From Heptranchias perlo (Eukaryota): a stretch of DNA of 64,000 nt. A model generated the notes under the pieces. That model did not search any database and had not been told where the DNA came from. It was given only the letters and a program-made list of their open reading frames with translations. Positions 50,764-64,000 of this stretch are shown here, piece after piece; positions within the stretch are counted from its first letter, which is position 1, and each line of letters opens with the position of its first letter. Made by a program: the position numbers and the translations under genes. Location of the stretch: the NCBI RefSeq assembly GCF_035084215.1, contig NC_090354.1:21762001-21826000 (forward strand), written 5' to 3'.

Positions 50764-51559
50764 TAAGTGTCAGTTTCAGAAACAGAACCAAAATAACCTG
50801 GCTGTATATTGAACACTGAACTAAAGAAACTGAGCAATGTCTAAGGTATATATCACAGCCCAAGAGGCCTCTGAATAAAACTTCTTTAGTTCAAAGTTCA
50901 AAGATACAATGGTGCATCCTTAGCACAAAATCACTGGATGAGATGCCCTTCATACCTTCTCCATATGTTGTATAACTATTAATACTTTTACCACGTATAA
51001 TCTGATTAGTCCCAGGAAAAAGCTTTGTATTCTTGCCAAACTGCAGATTAAAGAGCATGTCTATGACTTGCAGACCATTGGGCTCCACACGCCATCTTGT
51101 AATTTAGTAGTAAGGTTAAACGACTTTCATCTGCATTCTAGTTTTTTCTTAAACACTTTTATTCTATCCATCCTAAGATGATATATTAAAATAAATTCAA
51201 TAAATCTGGTCATTTGTGGGCTAGCAATATACAAATAACAATGAAAACTTCCAGTTTGTCGTAAAAACCTAACTGGTTTCCATTCCTACCTCGTCTGGCT
51301 GCTGCGACTCCAATCCCACACTGCTAATGTGCTCTGAAGTGGCATAGCAAACCACTTTGCTTAGGTGTAAACATTTGCTACAAAGTTTAATAATTAGAAA
51401 ATGAGCCCTACCTCATACCATTGTAGGAGAACTATCACCACACGGATGCAGCGGTTTAGGAAAAAGGTCTACCATCACAGCCTCAGGGCAATTAGGGATA
51501 GGCAGTAGATGTGACCTTGCCAGAATCTCCCACATCCTCAGAACAATGTAAACAGAACA

Positions 51560-52440
51560 GTGGCTGGAGTCATACCTGACGCAAAGGAAGATGGTTGTGG
51601 TCGTTGGAGGCTAATCATTTCAGCCCCAGGATATTGCTGCAGGAGTTCCTCATGGCAGCATCCTAAGCCCAACTAACTTTAGCTGCTTCATCAATGACTG
51701 TACCTCCATCATAAGGTCAGAGGTGGGGCTATTCACTGATAATTGCACAGTGTTGAGCTCCATTTGCTATTGCTCAGATAATGAAGCAGTCCATGCCCGC
51801 ATGCAGCAAGACCTGGACAACATCCAGGCTTGGGCTGATAAATGGCAAGTGACATTCGCACCACACAATAACCATCTCCAACAAGAGAGAGCCTAACCAC
51901 CTCCTCTTGATATTCAGTGGCATTACCATTGACCAGAAACTGAAATTGACAAGCCTGGATGGGTGCAGCTCCAATACCACTCGAGAAGCTCGACACTATC
52001 CAGAACAAAGCAGTCCACTTGATCGGCACCCTATCCACTGGCTTAAACATCCATTCCCACCACCATCGGAGTACCGTGGTTGCAGTGTGTACTATCTACA
52101 GGAAGCACTGCAGCAACTCACCAAGGCTTCTTCATCAGCATCTCCCAAACCCACAACCTTCACCACCTAGAAGGACGAGGGCAGCAGGTGCCTGGGAACA
52201 TCACCCCCAAGTTCCCCTCCAAGTCACACACCATCCTGACTTGGACATATATTGCCATTCCTTCATTGTTGCTGGGTCAAAATCCTGGAACTTCCTTCCT
52301 AATAGAATTGTGGGAGTACCTTCACCACATGGTCTGCAGTGGTTCATGAAGGCCCACCACCACCTTCTCAAAGGCAACTAGGGATGGGCAATAAATGCTG
52401 GCCTTACCAACGATGCCCACATCCTGAGAATGAATAACAA
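51560..52440 (+). mobile_element. CR1-like LINE RT and 3' end
   Basis: GVPxGSILSP-like and FTDN motifs, QQDLDNIQAWADKWQV and KLDTIQNKA; 3' end CTAGGGATGGGCAATAAATGCTGGCC. Confidence 0.8.
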
Positions 52441-52889
52441 AAGTAAGTAATTCAACCTTTGCACCAGCCTTTTATAAAGATTTGTGATAATCCAAAAGTC
52501 TGATGGAAAGCTACATTTGGCTTTTATTTGCAATTTTACCGACTGTCACTGTGCTTGCACATTTTTGAAACATTATCCATGATATCGGGTACATTTTTTA
52601 TTATGTATTTATTTCCTGGATTCATACATTTGAATTTTTCCAGTTTCTTAAGTAAAAAGGATACATGTAGAGCTGTCTGTATTCATTAGAGGCATTCAGA
52701 TCATACTGTCAACCACTACTATCTATACTGTAATAGTTAGAGGAGAAGCATTTTGTTTTCTTTGTGAGGGCAGCAGTAAAACCCCTAATTATGAGGTATT
52801 ATCCTTTCTACTTTCTTTTAGCACGTCTCCCTCAATCATGCAACCGCTGTGTTTGAAAGAGGAACAGATGACCTGCTCCCTGCATTGAA

Positions 52890-53251
52890 CAAGGGCTAGA
52901 CAGACTGGATGCAGGGAGGATGTTTCCCTTGGCTGGGGGGGGGTCCAGAATGAGGGGTCACAGTCTCAGGATACGGGATAGGACATTTAGGACTGAGATG
53001 AGGAGAAATTTGTTCACTGAGGGTGGTGAACCTGTGGAATTCTCTACCACAGAAGGCTGTGGAGGCCAAGTCACTGAATAGATTTAAGAAGGAGCTGGAT
53101 AGATTTCTAGACACAAAAAGCATCAAGGGGTATGGGAAGAGAGCGGGAATATGGTACTGAGATAGAGGATCAGCCATGATCATATTGAATGGCGGAGCAG
53201 GCTCGAAGGGCCGAATGACCTCCTACTGCTCCGATTTTCTATGTTTCTATG
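52890..53251 (+). mobile_element. CR1 LINE 3' end
   Basis: Near-identical by eye to 60975-61335; TTTCTATG tail repeat. Confidence 0.9.
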
Positions 53252-53528
53252 TAACAATACTACTCCAATCTGCCTGCGAAGAGGTGGACAGTATAGCCTG
53301 GTGGTAACTCTTCTGCCAGTATACTGTCCCCCCTCCCCCCAGAGTTAGACATAAAATTCATTAAATATCTAAACAAACATAATAATTAATGCCATTAATT
53401 TTCAATTTTTGAAAATGCGGACAGTCATATAATTTGCACCTAAATGTGTCACGAACACTCCCATATAACTTGGAATAATTGAAAATGCATTTTTATTACA
53501 ATCATCATAAATCAATGTGCCTTATGTT

Positions 53529-53622
53529 TTTTACCCTACATAGCACGAAACAGCGTTTGTATTTTACCCTACATAGCACGAAACAGCGTTTGTATTTTAC
53601 CCTACATAGCACGAAACAACGT
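53529..53622 (+). repeat. 33-bp tandem repeat, about 2.9 copies
   Basis: Unit TTTTACCCTACATAGCACGAAACAGCGTTTGTA at 53529 and 53562, partial at 53595. Confidence 0.95.
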
Positions 53623-54169
53623 ATTCTCCAACTCACAGTGAGCAATGCCACTTGGAGATTGAGAATATATTAAGAAAACTGTAAGCATGAAACTTCATTT
53701 CATGAGATCTAAATTTTACTGATTTGAAAATCAATGTGCTAAAATAGCCTTTGTACCACCTATTGCTGCTTTAATTTTAGTTTTTTTTACTGACTTAAGT
53801 CAATTGCTAGCAGATATTTTCACAGTACTTTTGAGTGCTCATTTTAATTAAATCCTAACACTTGCTGGGTTTTGATTTCGTTGTCCAATCAAAAGTTGTA
53901 ATGACCTAGGAAATGGTGTGGCAACAGCAGTTTAGCACACCTAGGTTTGAACCAGTCCAAATTAAAAGAATGAAAGCCTACCTGTTTTCTGTCTCCTGAC
54001 TGTAAGGGTCCCCTACATGACATGAGCTTGGGCGCTCTAAAACCAGTTCTCACAGTGCAGACCAACAGCATAAAACTGACCACTTAGCTCAAATTTGAAA
54101 TCTCGCACACACCGGCCATAAGAATGGAGGGCCAAGAAATATTACACATATGATACCACATATGAGATG

Positions 54170-54390
54170 AATAACCAGTTAATCTATTTTTGTTGGTAAT
54201 CATTGAGGGAGGAATATTGTCCAGAACACTAGGAGAGCTGTTCTTCGAATAGTGTCATAGGCTCTCTGATGATCATGGAAGAGATAGACAAGTTCTTGAT
54301 CGAACGTCTCATTGATGAAGCGACCCCTCCCAACAATGCAGGGTTCTCATTGTAATCCACTGGAGTATCAGGCTAGATTTTGTGTTCACA
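54170..54390 (-). mobile_element. Degenerate DeuSINE fragment
   Basis: TTCTTCGAATAGTGTCAT and AACGTCTCAT are reverse complements of Deu-domain motifs in 2332-2762. Confidence 0.65.
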
Positions 54391-55877
54391 GAATTATGAG
54401 CACAGAAAAAAGTAAATACACCTTTATAAAATAGCTGTTTTCATTTTGAATAACTGTTCATGCATTATTTTCAAGTGAATTTTTAAAATCCTGATGATTA
54501 TTTTGTTGCAGATCATTACTGTAAATTAACTTTCACTGCAGAATGCTGTATCACAATATGAAGGTAAATTTAATAATCTATGGCATGTGTTGTATTTTAT
54601 CAACTGTGTCATACAAAATGGAATATGGGGCTAGCTTCTGATTGTCGAAGTACTTGACAAATGCTGTAATTTGACAATAAGTATTGTATTTGCAGTGTTT
54701 TTGAATATAAGAATGCTGTATTAATCTCCAGTTTGACCACAATGTACTGTTGATGAAAGGATCTTTGAAGCTTCAATTCTCACATTGATGCAATAAAAGG
54801 TAGTACAATATTTTGCCTTAAGTTTGCAGTAACTCTGCAGTCACTGCATACTTCCTGCAGATGGCACAGCAATCCAACTGATTTCATTGTAGACTTAAAT
54901 GTGAAATACCTCCCCTAATGCATGTGGTTCCACACATTTGTGCTTAACTGTACTAACACTTCAGTATTCTCGTTTAACAAAACTATACTTCATAAAATGT
55001 ATGTCTTTTTTCTTTCTGAATAATAAAATCTGATGGTGGATATCAGTTTCCACAAGTAAAGGGAGAGTGTACATGCTGTGGTCAGAAGATAGTGATAGTG
55101 CACTCGCATTGAATGGTGAGTTGTTCGGTTCACCCATGCTGTTCGTGATGAGCTTCTGGTACCTGCTGTCCAATGTTTCAGTTGTCTAACGGCTGGCTAG
55201 TGACTACCCTCCTGGTAGGGTCAAGCGGCTGCAAGATGACATGCCTGACGATGGAGGTTCGAAACCAAGTCAGTCCTCCGTGGAAAATTTGGTAATTTGA
55301 TACCTGAGCCAAATAAGTCCCCAGAACTCTAGATTACTGCTTGGCTGGTAAATGGAACCTGTTGCTGAAAGCTGGGCCCCACTTGGCTTCAAATAATCCT
55401 TTCCTAATGGGTAGGGTGACCAAAGCTGGGCAAGTAGTAGGAAACTTACCAGTGATCTGCTCTGGTATGATGTGCAGTTTTAGCTGATTAAACTCCAGCA
55501 GTGCCTTTAGCCACACTTGGGGATCCTAAATCTTGGGAACTTGCATCTAAACTAACTAGGACTATGTAACTGGAAAGAAGCTGTGCCCTGCACATTGAGA
55601 AAATGGAAACCTTACAGGTGGGTGTAGACTTCAGTAGCTTGGTTTGCAAACTGAAACACAGCATTGTGAGCATTGTGTTTCCATGTGTCTGAGACCCAAC
55701 TGATCAAAAATAAAGTTACGGTATCAAATACGTTTTGTGTAAACAGTGAATTCAGGTTACACAGATCTGAAACACATGACATGAGTTTATGTTTCTTAAT
55801 AGATCTGTGGAAATATATTCTCCATCCTATAACTCACTAATTGGGCCATATTACCCACTTGGTGAAAATAAAGGCTA

Positions 55878-56250
55878 ACTTAGGAGTAGGCCATTCAGCC
55901 CCTCGAGCCTGTTCTGCCATTCAGTTAGATCATAGCTGATCTGTGCCTCAACTCCATTTACCCAGCATCCACAGCTTCTTGGGGGAGAGAATTCCATATT
56001 TCCACTACCCTTTGTGTGGAAAAAATGCTTCTTGACTTCACTCCTGAATGGCCTAGTTCTAATTTTAATATTGTGTCCCCTTGTTCTGGATTCCCTCACC
56101 AGAAGAAATAGGTTCTGCGTATCTACACTTATCAAATCCTTTTATAATTTTAAAAACTCAATTAAATCACGCCTCAACCTTCTAATCGTGGGAATGTAAG
56201 CCAAGGTTATGCAACCTGTCTTCACAATTTAACCCTTTCAGCCCTAGTGA
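55878..56250 (-). mobile_element. CR1 LINE 3' fragment
   Basis: Minus frame reads LFLLVRESRTRGHNIKIRTRPFRSEVKKHFF. Confidence 0.85.
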
Positions 56251-56842
56251 CCTCACACTTGCCTGGAAAAGACATTGTTCCATTGTATGGCCAGAATTAT
56301 ATTTGGTTGTATATTAAATAGGCCCATGGCAAAGTGTAATGAGTTTGTACTAATCAGTTCTGGATTTTAACTGAGCTGCCTGAGGGTGGGAGGTGTAGTG
56401 GAGAAAACTGTTTTTCTGCCTCTACTAGTGGCTAGTTACAGGGCAATATCAAAAGCAATTCTTGCTCTGGGTCTTTTATTAAGAGTGCACAAGGCAGCTG
56501 TCACAGCCTATTACTTCCCTCTGGCTGAAAATATATTTGGGGAGCAGCCAAGTTCATGAAGAGCAATGGGGAAAATTAAACAATTTGTATCAGCTTATTC
56601 CACATAATCAAATAGCCTCTGGCACTTGCGGTTTAAGCTTGTTTGTCACTTCCTCAATGGTCACTGGGGGAAGTGCCAGAGGGATGTCAGTGCCTGTGGA
56701 ATTGTATCCCAAGATGGGTCACTGCCTTTAGGAGAGGAAGAAAGAAAGGGGATTTAATGCAGTATATTCCATGCCATGTTTCAGCTAGTCAGATACACCC
56801 TGTACTATGTAGGATGCCTAAAATATTTCTATTTTCCCTCAG

Positions 56843-56990
56843 TGTGTATCCTGTGGAAAATGTTTCAAGAAGCTGTGGTCTCTGCATGAGCACATCAAAG
56901 TTGTTCATGGCTTTGCTGAAAAGAAATTCTCCTGTGAGATTTGTGAGAAGAAGTTCTACACAATGGCTCATGTTCGAAAACACATGGTCG
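56843..56990 (+). CDS. ZNF652: ZNF652 internal coding exon (C2H2 fingers)
   Basis: Acceptor ttttccctcag at 56842; reads [49 protein letters not shown] plus 1 nt; donor G|GTGAGT at 56991; 148 nt, phase 0 to 1, in frame with the previous exon. Confidence 0.97.
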
Positions 56991-57589
56991 GTGAGTTGAA
57001 AATACGATTATATTACCTTTTAATCGAAGAAAAATAATATGCTTCCTTATACACCTAAATCAAAAAAGAGGATGAAAAATCTCTTGATGTCATGAAGTCA
57101 TGTAAAAAGAAAAATACAAAAATTGCACTCACATGTAAGAGGTCACTTAAACATAGTGTGCTGAATGAATGATTGTAGATTGCAAGGTTGCAATGCTTTG
57201 CCAGAAATCCAGCCATTTCAAATTTGATATCGTTCGTTGAAGCCACAGAATAAGAGTTTATTTTGGATGGTAAATTACAGAAGAATATATATAATAGCTT
57301 GAACAAATGCCTATTTAAATCAATGATTCCTTTTCGTTCCCCGTGAATTTTGAATGTGCACTGAATATTCAGGAATTGTTTTGTTGTCATTATTATAAAG
57401 CCATTGAGCTTAACTTCTTCCCAATACATCTCCAGTCTTTTAGTTCAGTTTCCTCAAAGTTCCAGTACATGGGGCAGGCACCCTGTGTATTGTAATGTGT
57501 AGTTATATGCACTAACTCTTCAAGATCATAAAATAATTATGGATGAGAAAGATCATTTGGCCCATATTAGTTCATCCACCCAGACTATA

Positions 57590-57715
57590 TGGTGACCATC
57601 TCGAATGAGTGGAAGCTCAGCCATCTCCCCTTTTCCTTCAAAGGCTCCACCATCACCGAATATTCCACCATCAACATCTTGGGGGTCACCATTGACCAGA
57701 AGCTTAACTGTAACG
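57590..57715 (+). mobile_element. Short CR1-like fragment
   Basis: TINILGVTIDQKLN; homologous to 51870-51950. Confidence 0.6.
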
Positions 57716-60114
57716 GACATACTTTTTTTTCTCAAACGTCGTTCTGTGGTTGTCACACTGTCTTTTTTCACTTGATTAATGACTCTCATAATTCAACTTT
57801 TAAGGATTTAAGGCCCAGAAATCATGGGTTAACAACCACATTCAAATGAAGAAATTTCATATGAATGTTTTAAATGTCCTTATGATTTTCACAGCTTAAT
57901 TTCAAGGCCCAAATCTTGGCTTTATGTTGCAAGTATTTGTGTTACGACTATGCTATCATGTCCTTTCTGTTGATTTAGTTGTAGAATTTAATCCAATGTA
58001 CATAACCTGATTAGCAGCTCTCAAAAGTTAAAGGTAATTTTAATTATTTAGCCATATGCACTTCAGGTTCTGCATTATTCTTTTTTTTGCAATCTCCACA
58101 CCCCATAGAAATATAGCCTAGCTGGAGGCGAAAACATGTGAAAATATTTTTTTTTGTCACACAGTGACATTGCAGATAGGTGGTGCCACACATGATTTCC
58201 TACGCCTGCAGCATAAACCTGAACCTGACCATTGCATTAGCTCAGTTTTCCCCAGCTATTTGCTCTTCAAGCAGGTCTCTTGATATGGATTGTTTGGGAC
58301 TAAGTTTTCAGCCTCGTTACAGGAGGAGGTTAGATTAGACAAATGTCAAACATTCTGTTAATCCAGCCTCTTTAGTTTTTGTGTTTCATTTCAGGTTTCT
58401 CAGGAGCCTAAAATTCTCAATAACAGTCGACACTGGCTAACAAACCGCTAGAAAATGTCATAATTAAGCTGTGTCCTTTTCAGGACAAGCATACTAAAGA
58501 AAGAAAACCAATGCTATTTGCGTCACATCAGCAACCAATCCATAGCAATGCTTTTCAATTTTTTCTGTGTATGGGAGGTCCCTGCAAATCATAAAAAAGA
58601 CATAGTGCCATGCAATTTTTGATCTAATGTCCTCTAGTAATGATGGCATAAGCTGAAATGGAACTTGCATAATGTCATGAAGAAGGTATCCAAAGTTCAA
58701 TATTTCTATTTACAGCTTTCAAAACTTCAGACAGCAAATTCATGATCACTTTAATTGTGCTTTATCAGAGTTTACCAGCTGAAGTTCAAGGTGCTGAATT
58801 ATAACCAACTAGGGAATTGCAAAGGGAGGTGTTGCCACATGCCTAAATGCTCCTGTCCTGAGGCACTAAGGACTATTTCTTAAGTCCAAGCCACGGAAAC
58901 ACATTGTAGGAGATAACAACCTACCTGCACTGAAAAGAGCCTTTCAAATATGCTTGAAAATCCAATACCAACTCCCACCTCATTCCTAATTGTTTAAGGC
59001 ATGATTCTTACTCATCACCCCTACCCCCACCCCGGAAACTGCCTCGTCTCTCACTCTGCTGCCATCTCTTGGGTCTATTCCCATACACACTTGGTAGTTA
59101 TGGACCCTGAGAACCCCTTATAGACTTGAGTTTGAAAATCACTCCTGTGGATGGTCAAATAGAAAGCAATGAAAGCAGGCAAAAAAAACCAATGAATTAG
59201 CATTAAAGGAACTAAGGGACAAATTAGAATTTTACACAGCAGTGTGCCTCAGTTGGCTGAAATGACATTGTATCTCCTTAGGTGATGCATTGTATGGATC
59301 AGTACCAATCACCTGCATCAAAATAAATTAAGTGCCTCCATAGTTCGCACACTCTACCAAAGGCTATAAATGCTGTGTAAAACACATTCACAATCATTGA
59401 CACGACTGCTGCAATATTGACACCAAATTCTATGCAAATCTAAGGCAGATTACACTCTTTTCCTCTAAGAAGGTAACTATAAATCTAGTCAAAGACATGA
59501 AATTTTCAGCCCAGAAATCCAGGGACATTGCTCTGAAGCATCTCAGTGGTGCATGACACCTACACCTTCAGACAATGCTGCCTCAGGTATAAACAAAACA
59601 AAACATAAGTATCCATCTGGGGAGCATTGGGAGCCTCCCAAACCATTACCAAACAAAGTATCTTGAAACAAATCCACTATGGAGAATGGGTATTGCATGG
59701 TTGTGGTCCCTATCCACACCATTTTCACTGCAGCCTCCTTACATCTGTAAAGTAGGATTTCAGGAAACTGGGGCAATTCTGGCATCCATCTACAGATCAT
59801 TTGCCAGGGAACAACAGAGCACACACTGTGACTGAGTTAGCACTTTGAATAAGAGCATTGATAATTTTGCTGAATCAGTAAGAATCAGATGACTGGATCA
59901 CCCCCACAACCAGCAGAGATCCTGGAGCCTGCTTAACAACATCCTATCTGCCTGTAGGTGGTTTGGAACAAGACTCCTTTGAGGTTAAGGAGGAGCAAGA
60001 AGGAGTTAGTGTTAAATTGCCCTATGGTGCATTGTTAGTTGAAAGCTTTAAGTACATTGAGACATTTAACATGAGCGTCACCCAAAGCTTCAATGTATTG
60101 TTTCAACTGGTCTC

Positions 60115-61335
60115 TTTTTTTGAGGATGTAACTGGTAGAATAGATAAGGGAGAACCAGTGGATGTGGTTTATTTGGATTTTCAGAAGGCCTTTGATAAAA
60201 TCCCACATAAGAGGTAAGTGTGCAAAATTAAAGCACATGGAATTGGGGGTAATATACTGGCATGGATAGAAAATTGGTTAACAGACAGGAAACAGAGAGT
60301 AGGAATAAATGGTGGTTTTTTGGGGTACCGCAGGGATCAGTGCTTGGGCCCCAGCTATTCACAATATATATCAATGATTTGGATGAGGGGACCAAATGTA
60401 ATATTTCCAAGTTTGCTGATGACACAAAACTAGGTGAGTTGTGAGAAGGATGCAAAGAGACTTCAAGGCGATTTAGACAAGTTGAGTGAGTGGGCAAATA
60501 CATGGCAGATGCATTATAATGTGGATAAATGTAAAGTTATCCACTTCGGAAGGAAAAACAGAAAGGCAGAGTATTATTTAAATGGTAATAGGTTGGGGAA
60601 TGTTGATGTACAAAGGGACCTGGGAGTCCTTGTACACCAGTCACTGAAAGCAAATATGCAGTTGTAGCAAGCAGTTAGGAAGGCAAATGGTATGTTGGCC
60701 TTCATTGCAAGAGGATTTGAGTATAGGAGCAAGGAGGTCTTAATGCAGTTATACAGGGCCTTGGTGAGACCACACCTAGAGTATTGTGTGCAGTTTTGGT
60801 CTCCTTACCTAAGAAAGGATATACTTCCCATAGAGGGAGTGCAGCGAAGGTTCGCCAGACTGATTCCCGGGATGGCACGACTGTCGTATGAGGAGAGATT
60901 GGGTTGACTCAGTCCGTATTCACTCGCCTTTAGAAGAATGAGAGGGGATCTCATTGAAACATATAAAATTCTGACAGGGTTAGACGGACTGGATGCAGGG
61001 AGGATGTTTCCCCTGGCTGGGGGGTCCAAAACGAGGGGTTACAGTCTGAGGATACAGGGTAGGATATTTAGGACTGAGATGAGGAGAAATTTCTTCACTC
61101 AGAGGGTGGTGAACCTGTGGAATTCTCTACCACAGAAGGCTGTGGAGGTCAAGTCACTGAATATATTTAAGATGGAGCTAGATAGATTTCTAGACACAAA
61201 AGGCATCAAGGGGTATGGAGAGAGAACGGGAATATGTTGAGATAGAGATCAGCCATGATCATATTGAATGGCAGAGCAGGCTTGAAGGGCCGAATGGCCT
61301 ACTCCTGCTCCTATTTTCTATGTTTCTATGTTTCT
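60115..61335 (+). mobile_element. CR1 LINE, 5'-truncated, degenerate RT
   Basis: [42 protein letters not shown] and FFTQRVVNLWNSLP motifs; TTTCTATG tail. Confidence 0.95.
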
Positions 61336-63582
61336 CTCACTCTGGTTTAGAACCCTTTCTGTGGGTCTTGCATAAACAAATTAAGGCAGTTTTACAGTTT
61401 CCTCATGACCGCACTGCAATGGATTAAAATCAGAAAGGTCTGAGCTAACACACCGAGGTTATCGACATCCATCCTTAAAGTAGACCGAGCATACAGGACT
61501 ATTTTGAAATAGATCAATAGTGCCATCCAAACAACATTGCTGCAAGTGCCCCCCTAAAGAGGAGGGCGCCACTAATATAACATCACAGATGGTCCATGAA
61601 AACTAAAAGTTACTCAAAAATAAAATAAACTGAATTATAAACTTGTCCTCATCATCTATGATACAAGTAGCATCCTGCGGCGCCCACTGCCTCAAATGTA
61701 CTGGTGGACACTTCGTTATCCCCAATCCCTCTCCAAGGCCACCTGGGACCAAGCATAAAGGTTGCATCAAATCTCAGCAGAACGTTAAATTGTATAACAT
61801 TTACTAGCTCGACAGTTGTACTTCAGGTCTTGTCCTGGCATAGGAAATCCAGCAACCAAAGAGCATTTGACAGAGTATGGGGCAAGTGACTTTCTTCTGA
61901 CCAACTTGCAATGGATGATCTTTGGAGCAAATGTTATTTATTTTTTTGCTTGGCTGAAATACCCTCAACATCTGCACATGTCTTGATCTCCGTTCAATGG
62001 AAATTAAAACAAAAATAGTGGATAAGTGTACTGTACTCTGGTTGGAGGGTAAGAATCTGCAGATTTGGGATGTTCTGAAGTCTGCTTCATCTTCAAGTAT
62101 CTTCACAGTGCAAGGTTCTCTGCTTTATTTCCACTGAGCTAAGATCAAAGCAAGTGTAAATGTTGAGGGTAACCCCAGTGGGCATGTGGATAATATGCTT
62201 CTCTAAATCACGCAGCCAAAAATAACAATGTATTTAATGCCCTCTTCAAGAGAAGTGGTTTAGTAATATGTTGGGGCTGCCACTGCTGTGGAATCAATTT
62301 GCATTGTAGGATGGATTCTGTAGCACCATTGGCAACGCAAAAACAACTGCATTTGTGCACAAGCAGTTGTTTGAATATTGTGATCACAACTTTTATCCAG
62401 ATAGGCCAATGACATGAAACCATAATACAAATGTAAAATAGCAGTAGCAATTTACCTTTGCCACCAACACCACTGTTTCCTGTAAAGGAACAGCCAAATA
62501 CTGTACTTTTGAACTGGTTCTTTGCAACTCTGGTGGCAGCAGTAATGCCTAATTTACATTACAGTACTGCCACCAAAGTCAGGACTGCTGTTGATAGCAT
62601 TGCTGCAAATATATAGGGGGCATAAGCTTTATTCGAACTTCTTATAGCGCCAATTTTGGAATTTGAAAATTCCTTTAGATCCAGGTCCAGAAAAGGTCTC
62701 AAGCTTTTGAACAAAACCTGTAGTATCTTGACCCTTTGGGAATCCGAAAATCCCTATATTCTTTCTGCACCCAGTCTAAGAGGGAATGTGATTTTTTTTT
62801 AATGTGATCCAATGGTCACCTGCACAGGTTTGTTCATCTGCTGCATCATCTTAGCCAGAGCAATATTCTCTTTTCAGATCTGTTGCACTCTTTAACTGGG
62901 CTCTTGGTGTTTCTGGGGAAACACCTAATCAAGGGAAGGCAGAATATTGTATGCAGATTGACATCCTTCATGAGAGAATTTACAGACTTGTACTGTCTTA
63001 TCTTCCTGGTTCTCTGTATCTTTATTTAAAATAAATAATACCAAATAAAATCTACTCCAAATATACTGACTTGGTAACATTTGTAGTTATTAAAAGTTCA
63101 GCAAGTATAAAATAAATGTTTTACTTAACAGGTTGTGCGAATAACAACATAGGATTAACATTACAACAAAAGCAAAATACTGCGGATGCTGGAAATCTGA
63201 AATAGGATTAATATTGCTGCGTTCCGTCTGTAGTAAGGTGCGGCTGAGATATGTAACACCTGCACTCAATACAGTGAGAATTATTAATTATTGTACTAAG
63301 TCCAGGTGATCCATAATCTCTGTCACGAATACAGACCTGTCCTAGTCTAGAGCTTTAATGCTGGTTTAAAGAACTATGCCAGCAAACTTTTATGTAAAAT
63401 TTGCTTGGGATCCATGTTTCATTTTAGAAGAACTCGATGGGTTTGATTCCTCTGATTTAGTAAATAATTAGCTTCATTGCATTGCGGAGTTTAGTAAATT
63501 GTGATTTTTCTTTTGCATTGAAGAGTACTGTGTACTACTTAAAAATTGATACAAATGTGCCAATGAAATGCATTTTCTGTAG

Positions 63583-63735
<153 letters not shown>

Positions 63736-64000
63736 TAATATATTAAGATTGTTTTTCGTGATTCAAATGTTATGAATTGATACCTAATCATATTTATCTA
63801 CTCCTATGATGTATTTTTTGACCTGGATTTCCATATGGTTGCAGTCCAAAAATATTTAAACTTGGTTCCGGAGATGCCATTCTAAAACCCTTGTTCTTCC
63901 ATGGAAATATATTCAGTTTCAAGACTATAAATTTGTTTGCTGCATGGAACAGATTTATTGCCTGTTACAGAATCATTCACTTTTGTACTGTCACAATTTA

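Noticed and set aside
53529-53622. CRISPR-like array (33-bp repeats)
   Set aside because: Units are head to tail with no spacers, there are no cas genes, and the context is a vertebrate intron.
56643-56999. 118-aa ORF from the track spanning the exon
   Set aside because: Wrong frame; the real exon reads from 56843 as C2H2 fingers.
61400-62200. Possible decayed transposase or coding remnant
   Set aside because: No DDE, RT or other motif could be recognised in any frame.

Overview
Eukaryotic (vertebrate) genomic DNA, AT-rich and repeat-dense; the repeat spectrum (CR1/HER1-like and L2 LINEs, DeuSINEs, Penelope-like pLTRs, Harbinger elements with Myb-like exons) points to a cartilaginous fish. 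The window holds the 5' part of one + strand C2H2 zinc-finger gene that I recognise as ZNF652 (ZBTB47 paralogue). It comprises a CpG-island promoter and first exon at about 9.0-9.9 kb, a large exon at 36741-37999, and coding exons at 56843-56990 and 63614-63729, and it continues past the window end. Most interesting: (1) the large exon carries a frameshifted but otherwise open relic of a ZBTB47-type BTB/POZ domain, and the codon matching the tetrapod start Met is ACG; (2) two inverted ~1.7 kb Harbinger-derived elements bracket this exon, a geometry that could favour back-splicing; (3) a Penelope-like insertion has a 14-bp TSD, inverted pLTR and a minimal hammerhead-ribozyme motif. Most ORFs in the supplied track are spurious or transposon fragments. 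Protein and repeat-family assignments come from recalled sequences, not from database searches.
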